This document shows positions 35,722-44,500 of a stretch of DNA of 60,050 nucleotides, in pieces. The notes beneath the pieces were generated by a model that saw only the letters and a program-made list of their open reading frames with translations, had not been told where the DNA came from and ran no database searches. A program made the position numbers and the translations under genes. Source of the DNA: an uncultured Gammaproteobacteria bacterium (lineage in GTDB: Bacteria; Patescibacteriota; Patescibacteriia; Magasanikbacterales; GWA2-37-8); NCBI GenBank assembly GCA_964478235.1, contig CAYZGX010000006.1:1-60050 (forward strand). The letters run 5' to 3'. Positions within the stretch are counted from its first letter, which is position 1. Every line of letters begins with the position of its first letter.

Positions 35722-37548
35722 ATGCGCTCGGATAAGCACTCGTACTTTGATACTAGTCAGCCAAGAATCAAGCACTTGAAGTGGAGCGTGCTCGTCGATT
35801 TTGCGGAAAAGTTGCTCTATGGCACGGCCGTCCTCACGTTCAATCGTGGTGGCTCGGTGGTGGATCTTGACACCCGCGATCTCGAAATCGCGGAGGTCAC
35901 GAACACCAAGAAGGCGAGCCAGCGGATCGACTGGGAACTCGGCGACAACGACCCGATCACGGGATCGCGCTTGCGCCTCACCCTGCCCAAGGGTGTGCGC
36001 TCGGTCACGATCGTTTATCGGACGTCGCCGACGGCGGTCGGTCTGCAATGGCTCACGCCCGAGCAGACCACTGGTGGTAAGCAGCCGTTCGTCTTCTCGC
36101 AGGGCGAGGCTATCAACACCCGCTCGTATTTGCCCTGTCAGGATTCGCCGGCGGTGCGCTTCACCTTCGAAGCTGTCATGACGGTCCCCGTCGGCCTCAC
36201 AGCCGTTGTGGGGGCAGATGTGTTTGATGAAGTCTCAGTTGGTGTCAACAACACCGTTCATCGAGATTGCCGAGATTTTCACTGGCAGATGACGCGCCCG
36301 ATTCCGGCCTACCTCATCGCGTTCGCGGTGGGGAATTTGGACCGGCAGAAGATTGGTCCGCGCTCGTATGTCTGGGCCGAGCCCGAAATGCTGAAAGCCG
36401 CGGCGAGCGAATTCAAGGATACCGAGTCGTTCATCGTGACGGCGGAGAGATTGTTCGGTAAGTACCGCTGGGGCAACTTCAGCATCCTTGTGATGCCGAA
36501 GAGCTTCCCCTACGGCGGCATGGAGAATCCGACGCTCACCTTCGTGACGCCCGCGCTCGTCGCTGGCGATCGCTCGATGGTGGACGTCATTATCCACGAG
36601 CTCATGCATCACTGGTTCGGCAACTACGTCACGAATGCCACCTGGGAAGATTTTTGGCTCAATGAAGGTTGGACGATGTACGCCGAAGGGCGTGTCACCG
36701 AAGCGCTCCATGGCAAGGACGTAAAACTCCTCAACATGGCGCTGTTTGGTCGCGAGTTTGAACGCGATTGCCAGATGTTTGATGGTATGGGGCAGTCGCA
36801 TCTCACGCACCTGAACCCGAACCTGACAGGGCTCAACCCGGACGACGTGTTCTCGCGCGTGCCCTACCACAAGGGCCATCTGTTCCTGGTGGCGCTCGAG
36901 CAGGCGGTCGGACGCCGTAAGTTCGACCGGTTCATCCGGAAGTTCCTGAAGCGCTTCGCCTTCAAGTCCATCACGACCAAGCAGTTCATGCGGTTTTTGA
37001 ATGCGGAACTGCCGGGTGCGGCGAGTCGTGTGGACGCCCAGGCTTGGCTCTATGGCCCCAATCTGCCCGCCACGTCCCCGAAGATCGAGCTCCCGCTCAT
37101 CGACGAGGTCGTGAAGCTGGCCAATTCCGGGAGCACCCCCGACCCGAAGACGGTGAAGTGGGGTAATACGACGTGGGCGCTCTACCTCGAATCGCTCCCG
37201 CGCGACGAACGCTCGTACGAAGTCTGTCTGGAATTGGACGGTGATTTCCCGCTCGATCAGAGCCCACACGCCGATGTCCGTTTCGCGTTTCTGCTCTTCG
37301 CCATTGATTCCGGCTACTTCCGCAATCTCACTGGTGCGGTTGAGGAGTTCCTCGGCCAGCACGGCCGGGTGAAGTACCTGAAGCCGTTGTATGGCGCTCT
37401 GGCGAAGAAGGATTTTGAGTACGCTCGGGCGCTCTTCGAGAAATTCAAGCCGTCCTACCACCCGCTCGCGCAGGTGGCTGTCGAGAAAACGATCGAAAGG
37501 TGCGACCCGAAGCCGCAACCGACGCCCGTCGGAGTGGTCACGGTCTAA
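35722..37548 (+). CDS. M1-family zinc aminopeptidase (leukotriene A4 hydrolase / cold-active aminopeptidase-like)
   Basis: GGMENP exopeptidase motif, zinc site HELMHHWFGN followed by WLNEGWTMY (HEXXH-18-E). GGAGG 6 nt before ATG 35722. Strongly GC-rich with a 427-aa stop-free antisense frame. Confidence 0.9.
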   Translation: MRSDKHSYFDTSQPRIKHLKWSVLVDFAEKLLYGTAVLTFNRGGSVVDLDTRDLEIAEVTNTKKASQRIDWELGDNDPITGSRLRLTLPKGVRSVTIVYRTSPTAVGLQWLTPEQTTGGKQPFVFSQGEAINTRSYLPCQDSPAVRFTFEAVMTVPVGLTAVVGADVFDEVSVGVNNTVHRDCRDFHWQMTRPIPAYLIAFAVGNLDRQKIGPRSYVWAEPEMLKAAASEFKDTESFIVTAERLFGKYRWGNFSILVMPKSFPYGGMENPTLTFVTPALVAGDRSMVDVIIHELMHHWFGNYVTNATWEDFWLNEGWTMYAEGRVTEALHGKDVKLLNMALFGREFERDCQMFDGMGQSHLTHLNPNLTGLNPDDVFSRVPYHKGHLFLVALEQAVGRRKFDRFIRKFLKRFAFKSITTKQFMRFLNAELPGAASRVDAQAWLYGPNLPATSPKIELPLIDEVVKLANSGSTPDPKTVKWGNTTWALYLESLPRDERSYEVCLELDGDFPLDQSPHADVRFAFLLFAIDSGYFRNLTGAVEEFLGQHGRVKYLKPLYGALAKKDFEYARALFEKFKPSYHPLAQVAVEKTIERCDPKPQPTPVGVVTV

Positions 37549-37566
37549 GTTGTTCTTTTAAACGGT

Positions 37567-37605
37567 GGCCTGCGTACTGACACAATGAATGTCGGTACGC
37601 AGGCC
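37567..37605 (+). terminator. Strong 15-bp hairpin after the peptidase gene (no clean T-tract)
   Basis: GGCCTGCGTACTGAC / GTCGGTACGCAGGCC with loop ACAATGAAT. Confidence 0.45.
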
Positions 37606-37681
37606 TCCTCGCAATGCCTTACCCAGGGCGTTTTTTTATTTCTATACTAATTTCTTCAAGCGTTAGTTTGTGGTATACTAG

Positions 37682-38812
37682 ATGAAACCTATGGAGGTCG
37701 TATTACATAAAGGAGTCTACAAAAAAACCGTCAGCCTCAGTCAGGCTGTCTTTATGATTACCGGCATGACGATTGGCGCCGGCATTTTTGGTTTGCCCTA
37801 TGTTATTTCGCGAGTCGGTATTCTGACTGGTGTTGCCATGATTATTTTCTTCGGGTGTATCATGCTCGGCGTTAATTTGATGGTTGGCGAAATTGTGCAG
37901 AAAGCCGGCGAAGATCTTCAGCTTCCGGGATTAGCTGGAAAATATTTGGGCACGTGGGCTAAATGGCTTCTGTCTATTACTATTGTCATTAGCTGGTTTG
38001 GCACACTCACCGCGTATTTGGTGGGGGAGGGGCAGTCGCTTTCGGCGCTTCTTGGCGGGAGTAGTCTCCTCTGGGGGCTTATTTTCTGGTCAATTGCCAG
38101 CTTCTGCTTATGGGGCGGGCTCAATCGTCTCAAGAATGTTGATCGCATTGTGAGCGCGCTCGTGATTGCGCTTCTGGTCGGTTTGGCACTCTGGCTTCTG
38201 CCGTCGGCCAACACCACCTATCTGTTTGTCGCCGACAAAGCTCATTTTTTCTTGCCAATCGGCGTGATTATTTTTGCCCTTCATGGCACGCCAGCGATTG
38301 CTGAGGTGCATGCACTAAGTCCATCGCCAAAAGTATTTCGCCAAGCATTAATTATTGGAACCTTGATTCCGGTCGCCGTGTACTGCCTCTTTACTGTCGC
38401 AGTTGTTTTGGCGACGGGTCTCGCTACCACTGAAGTTGCAACTGTCGGTATTGGGGAGCTATTTGGTCCGCGAACTACTATTGTTGCGAACCTCATCGCT
38501 ATTGCCGCCATGTTTACCTGCTACCTTGGTCTTGGTAACGCGCTGCGCGAAACGTTTACCTGGGATCATCAGATCCATGACAAACTTACCACCCTCTTAG
38601 TTGTGGTTGTTCCGCTCGCGCTTTATCTTATCGGTTTTCGGAGTTTTATCTTGCTTCTTGAAATTGTCGGCGGGGTGTTTATTACTATCGAGCTTCTCCT
38701 GATGTTCGCCGTCTTTTTGGTGATTCGTCGAAAGTCGGGCTCGCCCAAGCTTCAACCGCGCAAAAAAACCAGCCCACCACTTTTTCGGCACAACGCTAGA
38801 GCTCGGAAATAA
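37682..38812 (+). CDS. Amino-acid permease (APC-superfamily, aromatic amino acid/Trp-Tyr permease-like)
   Basis: About 11 TM helices. N-terminal SLSQAVFMITGMTIGAGIFGLPYV is typical of amino-acid:H+ symporters. Confidence 0.65.
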   Translation: MKPMEVVLHKGVYKKTVSLSQAVFMITGMTIGAGIFGLPYVISRVGILTGVAMIIFFGCIMLGVNLMVGEIVQKAGEDLQLPGLAGKYLGTWAKWLLSITIVISWFGTLTAYLVGEGQSLSALLGGSSLLWGLIFWSIASFCLWGGLNRLKNVDRIVSALVIALLVGLALWLLPSANTTYLFVADKAHFFLPIGVIIFALHGTPAIAEVHALSPSPKVFRQALIIGTLIPVAVYCLFTVAVVLATGLATTEVATVGIGELFGPRTTIVANLIAIAAMFTCYLGLGNALRETFTWDHQIHDKLTTLLVVVVPLALYLIGFRSFILLLEIVGGVFITIELLLMFAVFLVIRRKSGSPKLQPRKKTSPPLFRHNARARK

Positions 38813-38843
38813 AAATCCCCCAACGAGTAGTTAGGGGATTTTT
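38811..38843. terminator. Bidirectional terminator between convergent genes
   Basis: AAATCCCC / GGGGATTT stem flanked by an A-run and a T-run. Confidence 0.55.
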
Positions 38844-38849
38844 GACTGC

Positions 38850-39197
38850 TTAGGCAGCGCCCTCAGGGGCTTCTGTTGGAGCTTCAGCTTCATCAGCTGG
38901 GCCGGCAACAGATTTTGGGTTAGGGGAGTAGAGTGGGTTTTTAATCTTCCAACGATCGACAAACTGCCCAATTCCTCGTTTCGCGAGCTTATTGCGAACG
39001 GTGGTATGGCGTTGTGACCATTTGACCAAACTCTCAAAATTAAGCTTGTACCGACCGGATACGACCACATAGGTCACTTCCTGGCCAGCGATAGCTCGAC
39101 GGATAGTCTGGTTGTTGACCCCAAAGAGGCGAGCGGCTTCCGAGACGGAAACACGGATCATTTCTTTAGAATCTGGCTTTAAAGGGATGTTTTCCAT
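38850..39197 (-). CDS. Helix-turn-helix DNA-binding protein (excisionase/MerR-type HTH)
   Basis: IRVSVSEAARLFGVNNQTIRRAIAGQEV is a classic excisionase-family HTH. Ala/Glu/Pro-rich tail. Confidence 0.7.
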   Translation of the reverse strand: MENIPLKPDSKEMIRVSVSEAARLFGVNNQTIRRAIAGQEVTYVVVSGRYKLNFESLVKWSQRHTTVRNKLAKRGIGQFVDRWKIKNPLYSPNPKSVAGPADEAEAPTEAPEGAA

Positions 39198-39200
39198 AAG

Positions 39201-39224
39201 TTTGTCTACAATAGACTACACAAA
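39201..39224. promoter_or_regulatory. Operator-like inverted repeat 1 (TTTGT-N14-ACAAA)
   Basis: TTTGTCTACAATAGACTACACAAA, 4 nt upstream of the HTH gene start. Contains TAGACT. Confidence 0.4.
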
Positions 39225-39277
39225 TATAGCACAAACCAGCCTTTTTGTCAAGCCCTGCCACCAAAACCAAGATTTAG

Positions 39278-39301
39278 TTTGTATAGACTAGTGTATACAA
39301 A
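39278..39301. promoter_or_regulatory. Operator-like inverted repeat 2 (TTTGT-N14-ACAAA)
   Basis: TTTGTATAGACTAGTGTATACAAA has the same arms, the same 14-nt spacing and the same TAGACT core as repeat 1. Confidence 0.4.
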
Positions 39302-39367
39302 AAGAGGGAAGTAGGGGAGGGGAAGTTGAGCCGTCTGCCTCAAACAGGCCGGATATGCCTAGTTTGT

Positions 39368-39396
39368 TTGACCAAGACCCCTTTTTATGGTACAAT
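39368..39396 (+). promoter_or_regulatory. Sigma70-type promoter upstream of the ECF sigma gene
   Basis: TTGACC, 17 nt, TACAAT (with TGG just upstream), preceded by a third AGTTTGT half-site. Confidence 0.5.
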
Positions 39397-39442
39397 CGTC
39401 TGCGTCTTTACCGATGGTTTTTGACCCTAAAAAGACCCCAAC

Positions 39443-39469
39443 TGTAACATTTTTACTACTGAGCCGTCT
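39443..39469 (+). promoter_or_regulatory. ECF-type (autoregulatory?) promoter TGTAAC-N16-CGTCT
   Basis: -35 TGTAAC (39443-48) and -10 CGTCT (39465-69). The -10 ends 6 nt before ATG 39476. Confidence 0.4.
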
Positions 39470-39475
39470 TCTAGA

Positions 39476-40018
39476 ATGCTAGAGAAACTTGCCGACAAAT
39501 TGCTTCTGTATCAAGTTCTTACGAAACACGACCCAGAAGCCTATGCGAAGCTCTACGACGCTTATGCTAAACAGATCTACCGATTTGTTTATTTTAAGGT
39601 TTCGTCGCACGAAGAAGCTGAAGACATCACCTCAGAAGTCTTCCTCAAAGCGTGGCACTATATTCAAGAGAAAAAAGAAATCAAGAGCTTTAGCGGTCTT
39701 TTATACCGCATTGCCCGAAACAGCATCATTGATCTATACCGCGCTCGCGCCTCAAAAGGCGAAGTGCTGATGGATGAAGAGTTTGAAATCGGAGATGGCG
39801 GCAAATGGTATGCCAACCTCAACACTAAAGTTGAAGCACACCGTGTCGTCGAAGCTCTCAAAAAATTGAAACATGAGTATCGAGAAGTTATAACACTCAG
39901 ATATATTGATGAGTTGGAAATGAGTGAAATTGCTGAAATCACTGGAAAAAATAATCTCGCGCTCCGCGTCACGCTCCATCGAGCGCTTGCGAAGCTCAAA
40001 ACAATGCTTGAAAAATAA
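39476..40018 (+). CDS. RNA polymerase sigma factor, ECF (sigma-24) subfamily
   Basis: Region 2 (IYRFVYFKV..EEAEDITSEVFLKAW, YRIARNSIIDLYR) and region 4 HTH (ITLRYIDELEMSEIAEITGKNNLALRVTLHRALAKLK). Confidence 0.88.
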   Translation: MLEKLADKLLLYQVLTKHDPEAYAKLYDAYAKQIYRFVYFKVSSHEEAEDITSEVFLKAWHYIQEKKEIKSFSGLLYRIARNSIIDLYRARASKGEVLMDEEFEIGDGGKWYANLNTKVEAHRVVEALKKLKHEYREVITLRYIDELEMSEIAEITGKNNLALRVTLHRALAKLKTMLEK

Positions 40019-40025
40019 CGAGACT

Positions 40026-41342
40026 ATGAGTCGAAACATTATTCGACAACTCAAAGCACTTAAACACGAGACGGTCAGTCCTCGTGAAGCTTGGTTACAA
40101 AGTAACCGAGCTGTTTTGCTGTCTCAAATCAAAAACACTCTCCCAACCGAAGAAACCCGTGAAGCCCGCTTAGAAAAGCTCTGGAGTGGCATGGCAATTT
40201 TTCTCCCTCGCCAAATGGTCTACTCGGTAATCCGTCCGATCGCTGTCCTCATTATCGTTTCCTTGGTCGCTTCGTCCACCTACTCTGGCACCGTCAAAGC
40301 GTCCTATGAATCAGTCCCTGGCGATTGGCTCTATCCAGCGAAGCGCTTATCCGAAAAAACACAAGGCGCGGTTATTTCCCTCTTGGGCGACACCAACACG
40401 GAAACAAAATTCCACGTTACTCTCGCTCAACGTCGCGCTGAAGAAGTTAGTCAAATTATCAAAAACGACGCTCCAAACAAAGCCACTCAAGTCTCAGCAG
40501 CGGTGGCCGAGCTCAAAAATGAATTAGCAACCATCACCGATAAATTAGAAGGCGATACCGGCGTACAAGCTGTAGTTGCCAAAGATGTTCGCCAAGACAC
40601 TGAAGCGATTACTCAAGCGCTTCAAACAGTGAAAAACGAACTTCTTCTCAGTAACGGCGGTGAAGAAGGTGCTTATCTAGCCAAAGAAGTGGCTGAAACC
40701 AAAGATTTAGCCAAAGGTGTCTCGGTCAAAGCAGTGGAAAAACTCGTGACCAAACACTTAAGTGGCGACAACTCAGTCACCACCGACGAAGTAAGACAAG
40801 TAGTTGATGCAGCTATCACCAACGTCGCAGTTGAAGCGATGGAATCCAAACAAACCGTTGATGGTGCTCAAACAATCGTTGATACGGTCAAAACACAAGT
40901 GGCTGACCTCAACGCTGAAGCCAAAAAACAATCTTCGCTTGAAACATCGGTCGCCAACCTCGAACTCACCAAAAAAGTTTCTGACATCGTCAATCAAACA
41001 AAAGATGCAGTTATCAAAGCTGGAGCGGTTTCGGTAGAGGTAGACAAAAAAATTGTTGAAGCGCGCGAAGCGGTTATCAGCGGAGACCTCACCGGAGCGG
41101 TTGATAAAATCAAAGAAGTAACTGAAGTAGCGAAAGAAGCTGAAAAGATTTCCGAAACAACTATTATTAAAACGCAACAAGTTCTGCCAGTGGTAGCGGT
41201 CATCAAAGATTCCGCCATCACGACAGCCTCCACCACAAGCAGTGGTGCCACAAGTTCTCTCAAAGATATCTTCTCAGTCCGCACCACCACTAGTGGAACA
41301 ACAACCACCAGTGCAACCACTTCAAAGACAACTCCTCAATAA
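40026..41342 (+). CDS. Putative anti-sigma / membrane-anchored coiled-coil protein
   Basis: Immediately follows the sigma gene. Short cytoplasmic N-terminus, one TM (IRPIAVLIIVSLVASSTY), long alpha-helical ectodomain, Thr/Ser-rich tail. ATG 40026 is preferred over the sigma-overlapping upstream extension. Confidence 0.6.
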   Translation: MSRNIIRQLKALKHETVSPREAWLQSNRAVLLSQIKNTLPTEETREARLEKLWSGMAIFLPRQMVYSVIRPIAVLIIVSLVASSTYSGTVKASYESVPGDWLYPAKRLSEKTQGAVISLLGDTNTETKFHVTLAQRRAEEVSQIIKNDAPNKATQVSAAVAELKNELATITDKLEGDTGVQAVVAKDVRQDTEAITQALQTVKNELLLSNGGEEGAYLAKEVAETKDLAKGVSVKAVEKLVTKHLSGDNSVTTDEVRQVVDAAITNVAVEAMESKQTVDGAQTIVDTVKTQVADLNAEAKKQSSLETSVANLELTKKVSDIVNQTKDAVIKAGAVSVEVDKKIVEAREAVISGDLTGAVDKIKEVTEVAKEAEKISETTIIKTQQVLPVVAVIKDSAITTASTTSSGATSSLKDIFSVRTTTSGTTTTSATTSKTTPQ

Positions 41343-41353
41343 GTAATCTCAGG

Positions 41354-41413
41354 TTATCTCTCTCCACCTCAGCTCCTCTCGTCGACAAGGGGATCAGAAG
41401 CGGAGAGAGATAA
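41354..41413 (+). other. 12-bp perfect stem-loop in the long leader of the surface-protein gene
   Basis: TTATCTCTCTCC (41354-65) / GGAGAGAGATAA (41402-13). Further hairpins GCCGA-ATAA-TCGGC and CTCCGA-GCAA-TCGGAG lie downstream. Confidence 0.5.
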
Positions 41414-41569
41414 ATTCAAAAAGTCAAGTCAGCGCCTCAAGGTCGAGGGCCGAATAATCGGCTTGCCTGACTCTTGTACTCCGAGCAATCGGAGCCTCTC
41501 TACAGCATTGACGTTTCCTCCTAAAAGCAGGGAATGCGCAGTCGCCTAGAGATTTATTTATAACATATT

Positions 41570-44500
41570 ATGTCGAACGTATTAAAAGCTAGTAAAAAAG
41601 TACTCACCACTGGTGTAGTATTTAGTACCATGCTTTGGTCGGTTGGTGTTTCAGCATTGTTGCCAGTGGCAGCTGCTGCAGCTTCCTGCCCTACCTTCAA
41701 GTCTGGCGACATGCTCAAGGTAACTGGGAAACCAGCTATCTACGCTGTTGACTCCAACGGTAAAGTTCTCTATTTCCCAACAGGCGATGAATTCAAGAGT
41801 TGGACTTCAGACAACAAATATGGTGGTTACACCACTGTATCTCAGGAATGCTATGACTCCTTACCAGTGCCTTCAATGGCTCCATATGGCGTCACTTTCC
41901 GCCCAGGTACCTACGTTGTAAAGCGTGCATCTTCGGATCAGCTCTACGTCGTACAACCAGGCAACAAATTGGCTAAGATCACTGTAGAAGCTGCAAAAGC
42001 TCTCTATGGTTCTTCTTACAAAGTCATGACAACTGCTGATGTATTTTGGCCAAACTACTCCTCCGTTCGCGGAGCTGATGTAACTGAAGCTAAAGTTCAT
42101 CCAGGTATGCTCGTAAGTAACGGTGGCAAGAAATGGTACGTAAACTCCGACAGTAAGTTACAAGAAGTAACTGATGCTGGTTTTTCCGCTAACCGCTTCC
42201 AAAGTGCCTTTACTCGCGTAGCAAGTGATGCGATGATCGCTGGTCTCTCCTTCGGAGAAGTTATCTCCGGTGCAGTTTCCACTCTTTCTGACCGCACTCA
42301 AACTGGTGGTGGCTCTTCTGTCATCCCAGGCGCAACTGGCGGTAATTTGACCGTTAGTCTCGCAGGTAATAACCCAGCAGGCATGGTTCTTGCTTCCGGT
42401 TCTGCTTTCAACCAAGTGTTGAAACTTAACTTGTCCGCAGGTGCTAACGATGTTTCTGTTACTGGTTTGACCCTTCGTAAAGGTGGTTTCGTAGCAAACA
42501 CTGCAGTTAGTGGTGTTGATGTTATCGATTCCGCTGGCGTACGTCATGGTAACGTTGCTTCCTCTATCTCCACTGATAACGATGTAACCTTGCTTTTCGC
42601 AGGTGCTCCTATCTTGGTTAAAGCTGGTGCAACTGAAACTGTTACTATCCGTGTTAACTTGGGCTCTTCTGCTACAAGTGGCACAATCTCATTCAGTGTA
42701 GCTAGTGCTTCCGCTGTTGCCTCAAACGGCACTGTTGGTGGTTCTTTCCCAGTATCTGGTAACACTTTCTCTCTTGAAAGTGGTGCAAGTTCTATTGGTA
42801 CCGCTACTTTGAACATTGCTGCTATCAACGCTTCTGGGGCAACCTTGAACGTTGACGCAAACAACCAGCAAGAAATTGCTAAATTCAATATCGCTGCTGG
42901 TAGCAATGAAAACATCAAGCTCGGCAAACTCGTACTCTACAACAATGGTACAGCTTCCGACTCTGATGTAGCTGATGTACAACTCGTCGCTCAAAATGGT
43001 GACGTATTGGCAACAGCACAGCAAGTTAGTAAGACTGTCACTTTTGACTTGTCTGCTAACCCACACTTGATCGAAAAAGGTCAAACTAAGAGTGTAACTG
43101 TTCGCGCGAAAATCGTGAACGGCGCAGCTCGCACCATCCAATTCGTTATCTATAACGACTACGATGCAGTTTTGACTGGCGTAAACACAGGCACATCCCT
43201 CTTACCTTCCACAACAACTGGTGGTACAGGTGGTGCTAGTACCTCGTTCCCAGTTGGTAACAAGACCAGCTACAACTTGGCTACTATCGGCAGTGGTACT
43301 ATCTCCTTCAACAAGGATACAAGTTCCCCTTCCGCTGCTGTCGCTCCAAACACCAACAATGCAGTTTTGGCGAAATTCTTCGCTAAACCAAATGGTGAAA
43401 ACATGGAGCTCCGCAAGATCGGTCTCGGCTTCGTAACTGGTACTGTAGGCATGTTCTCCGGTTCCTTCACTGTGAAGGTTAACGGCTCAAGTGTTTACTC
43501 CGGTACAGCTACCGACATTGCTAACACAAGTACTTCAGCAACTTTGACAAGTATCACTTTGTCAACTTACCCAACTTTGACTGTAGGCGTAAACAACTAC
43601 ATCACTGTTGAAGCAAACATCAATTCCCAAGCTACTAACGGTTCTACAAGTACTGTTTCCTTGGACTTGACTGAAGTTAAACGTTTAGTTACCAACGACA
43701 TCACTGATCCATCGGTTTCTGTTTCTACAGCTAACCAGATCACTGTTCAGGCAGCTGCTTTGAAGGTTTCTAACCTTTCAACTCCTGTTGCACAGTCTGT
43801 TGTAGTAGGTACAAGCGGTGTTACCTTGGCTACTATCGAGCTCAGTCCTTCCGTTGTTTCTTCTGGTGAAGATGCACGCGTAAGTCGCATTGTGATCTCC
43901 GATACAGTCGCAGGTGGCGCAGCTGTTGGTGATATCTCCAACTTGAACCTCTACGATTCTAACGGTAACTTGATTACCACTTCTGCAAGTACAGCAACCA
44001 ACGCAGCATCCAACACCTTCACTTTCAGCAACCCATTGAACATCAGTAAGACTGGTTCAATCGTGTTGACTTTGAAAGGTGATGTAATTGCTAACGCTGG
44101 TAGTGGTACACATACTTTCGCTGTGAAAGATGCAGGCAACCACGTAACTGCAACCGGTAAAGATACAGGTAACTCTGTAACTCCTACTGGCTCTACAGCT
44201 GCTGGTCAAGCTTTGACCGTTGCTAACTCTGGTACTTTGACCTTGTCCTTGGTTTCCGGCACTAACGCCGCTCCTTCCAACGATCAGGTTGTATCTGTAG
44301 GTGCAACCAACCTCCCAGTATTTGCTTTCCGATTGACGGCTCAGAAGGAAGCTATCAAGCTTACTTCCCTCACTTTGATGGCTACTGGTACAATCAACAC
44401 TTTGAACGACCTCGTTAACATCAAGTTGTATCGCGATAACGAAACATCTCCATTTGCAACTGCAAATCAGATGAACAGTTACGCAGGTGGTCAATCGACC

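Noticed and set aside
36235-37518. 427-aa minus-strand ORF
   Set aside because: It is antisense to the M1 peptidase gene, which carries the HEXXH-18-E and GxMEN motifs. Long stop-free antisense frames are a by-product of high GC.
39924-40025. Upstream extension of the anti-sigma-like ORF, overlapping the sigma gene by 95 nt
   Set aside because: It is an out-of-frame overlap with the conserved sigma region 4. ATG 40026 lies 8 nt after the sigma stop. Similar trimming was applied at 34427, 47432, 49264, 50144, 54863, 56289 and 57113.
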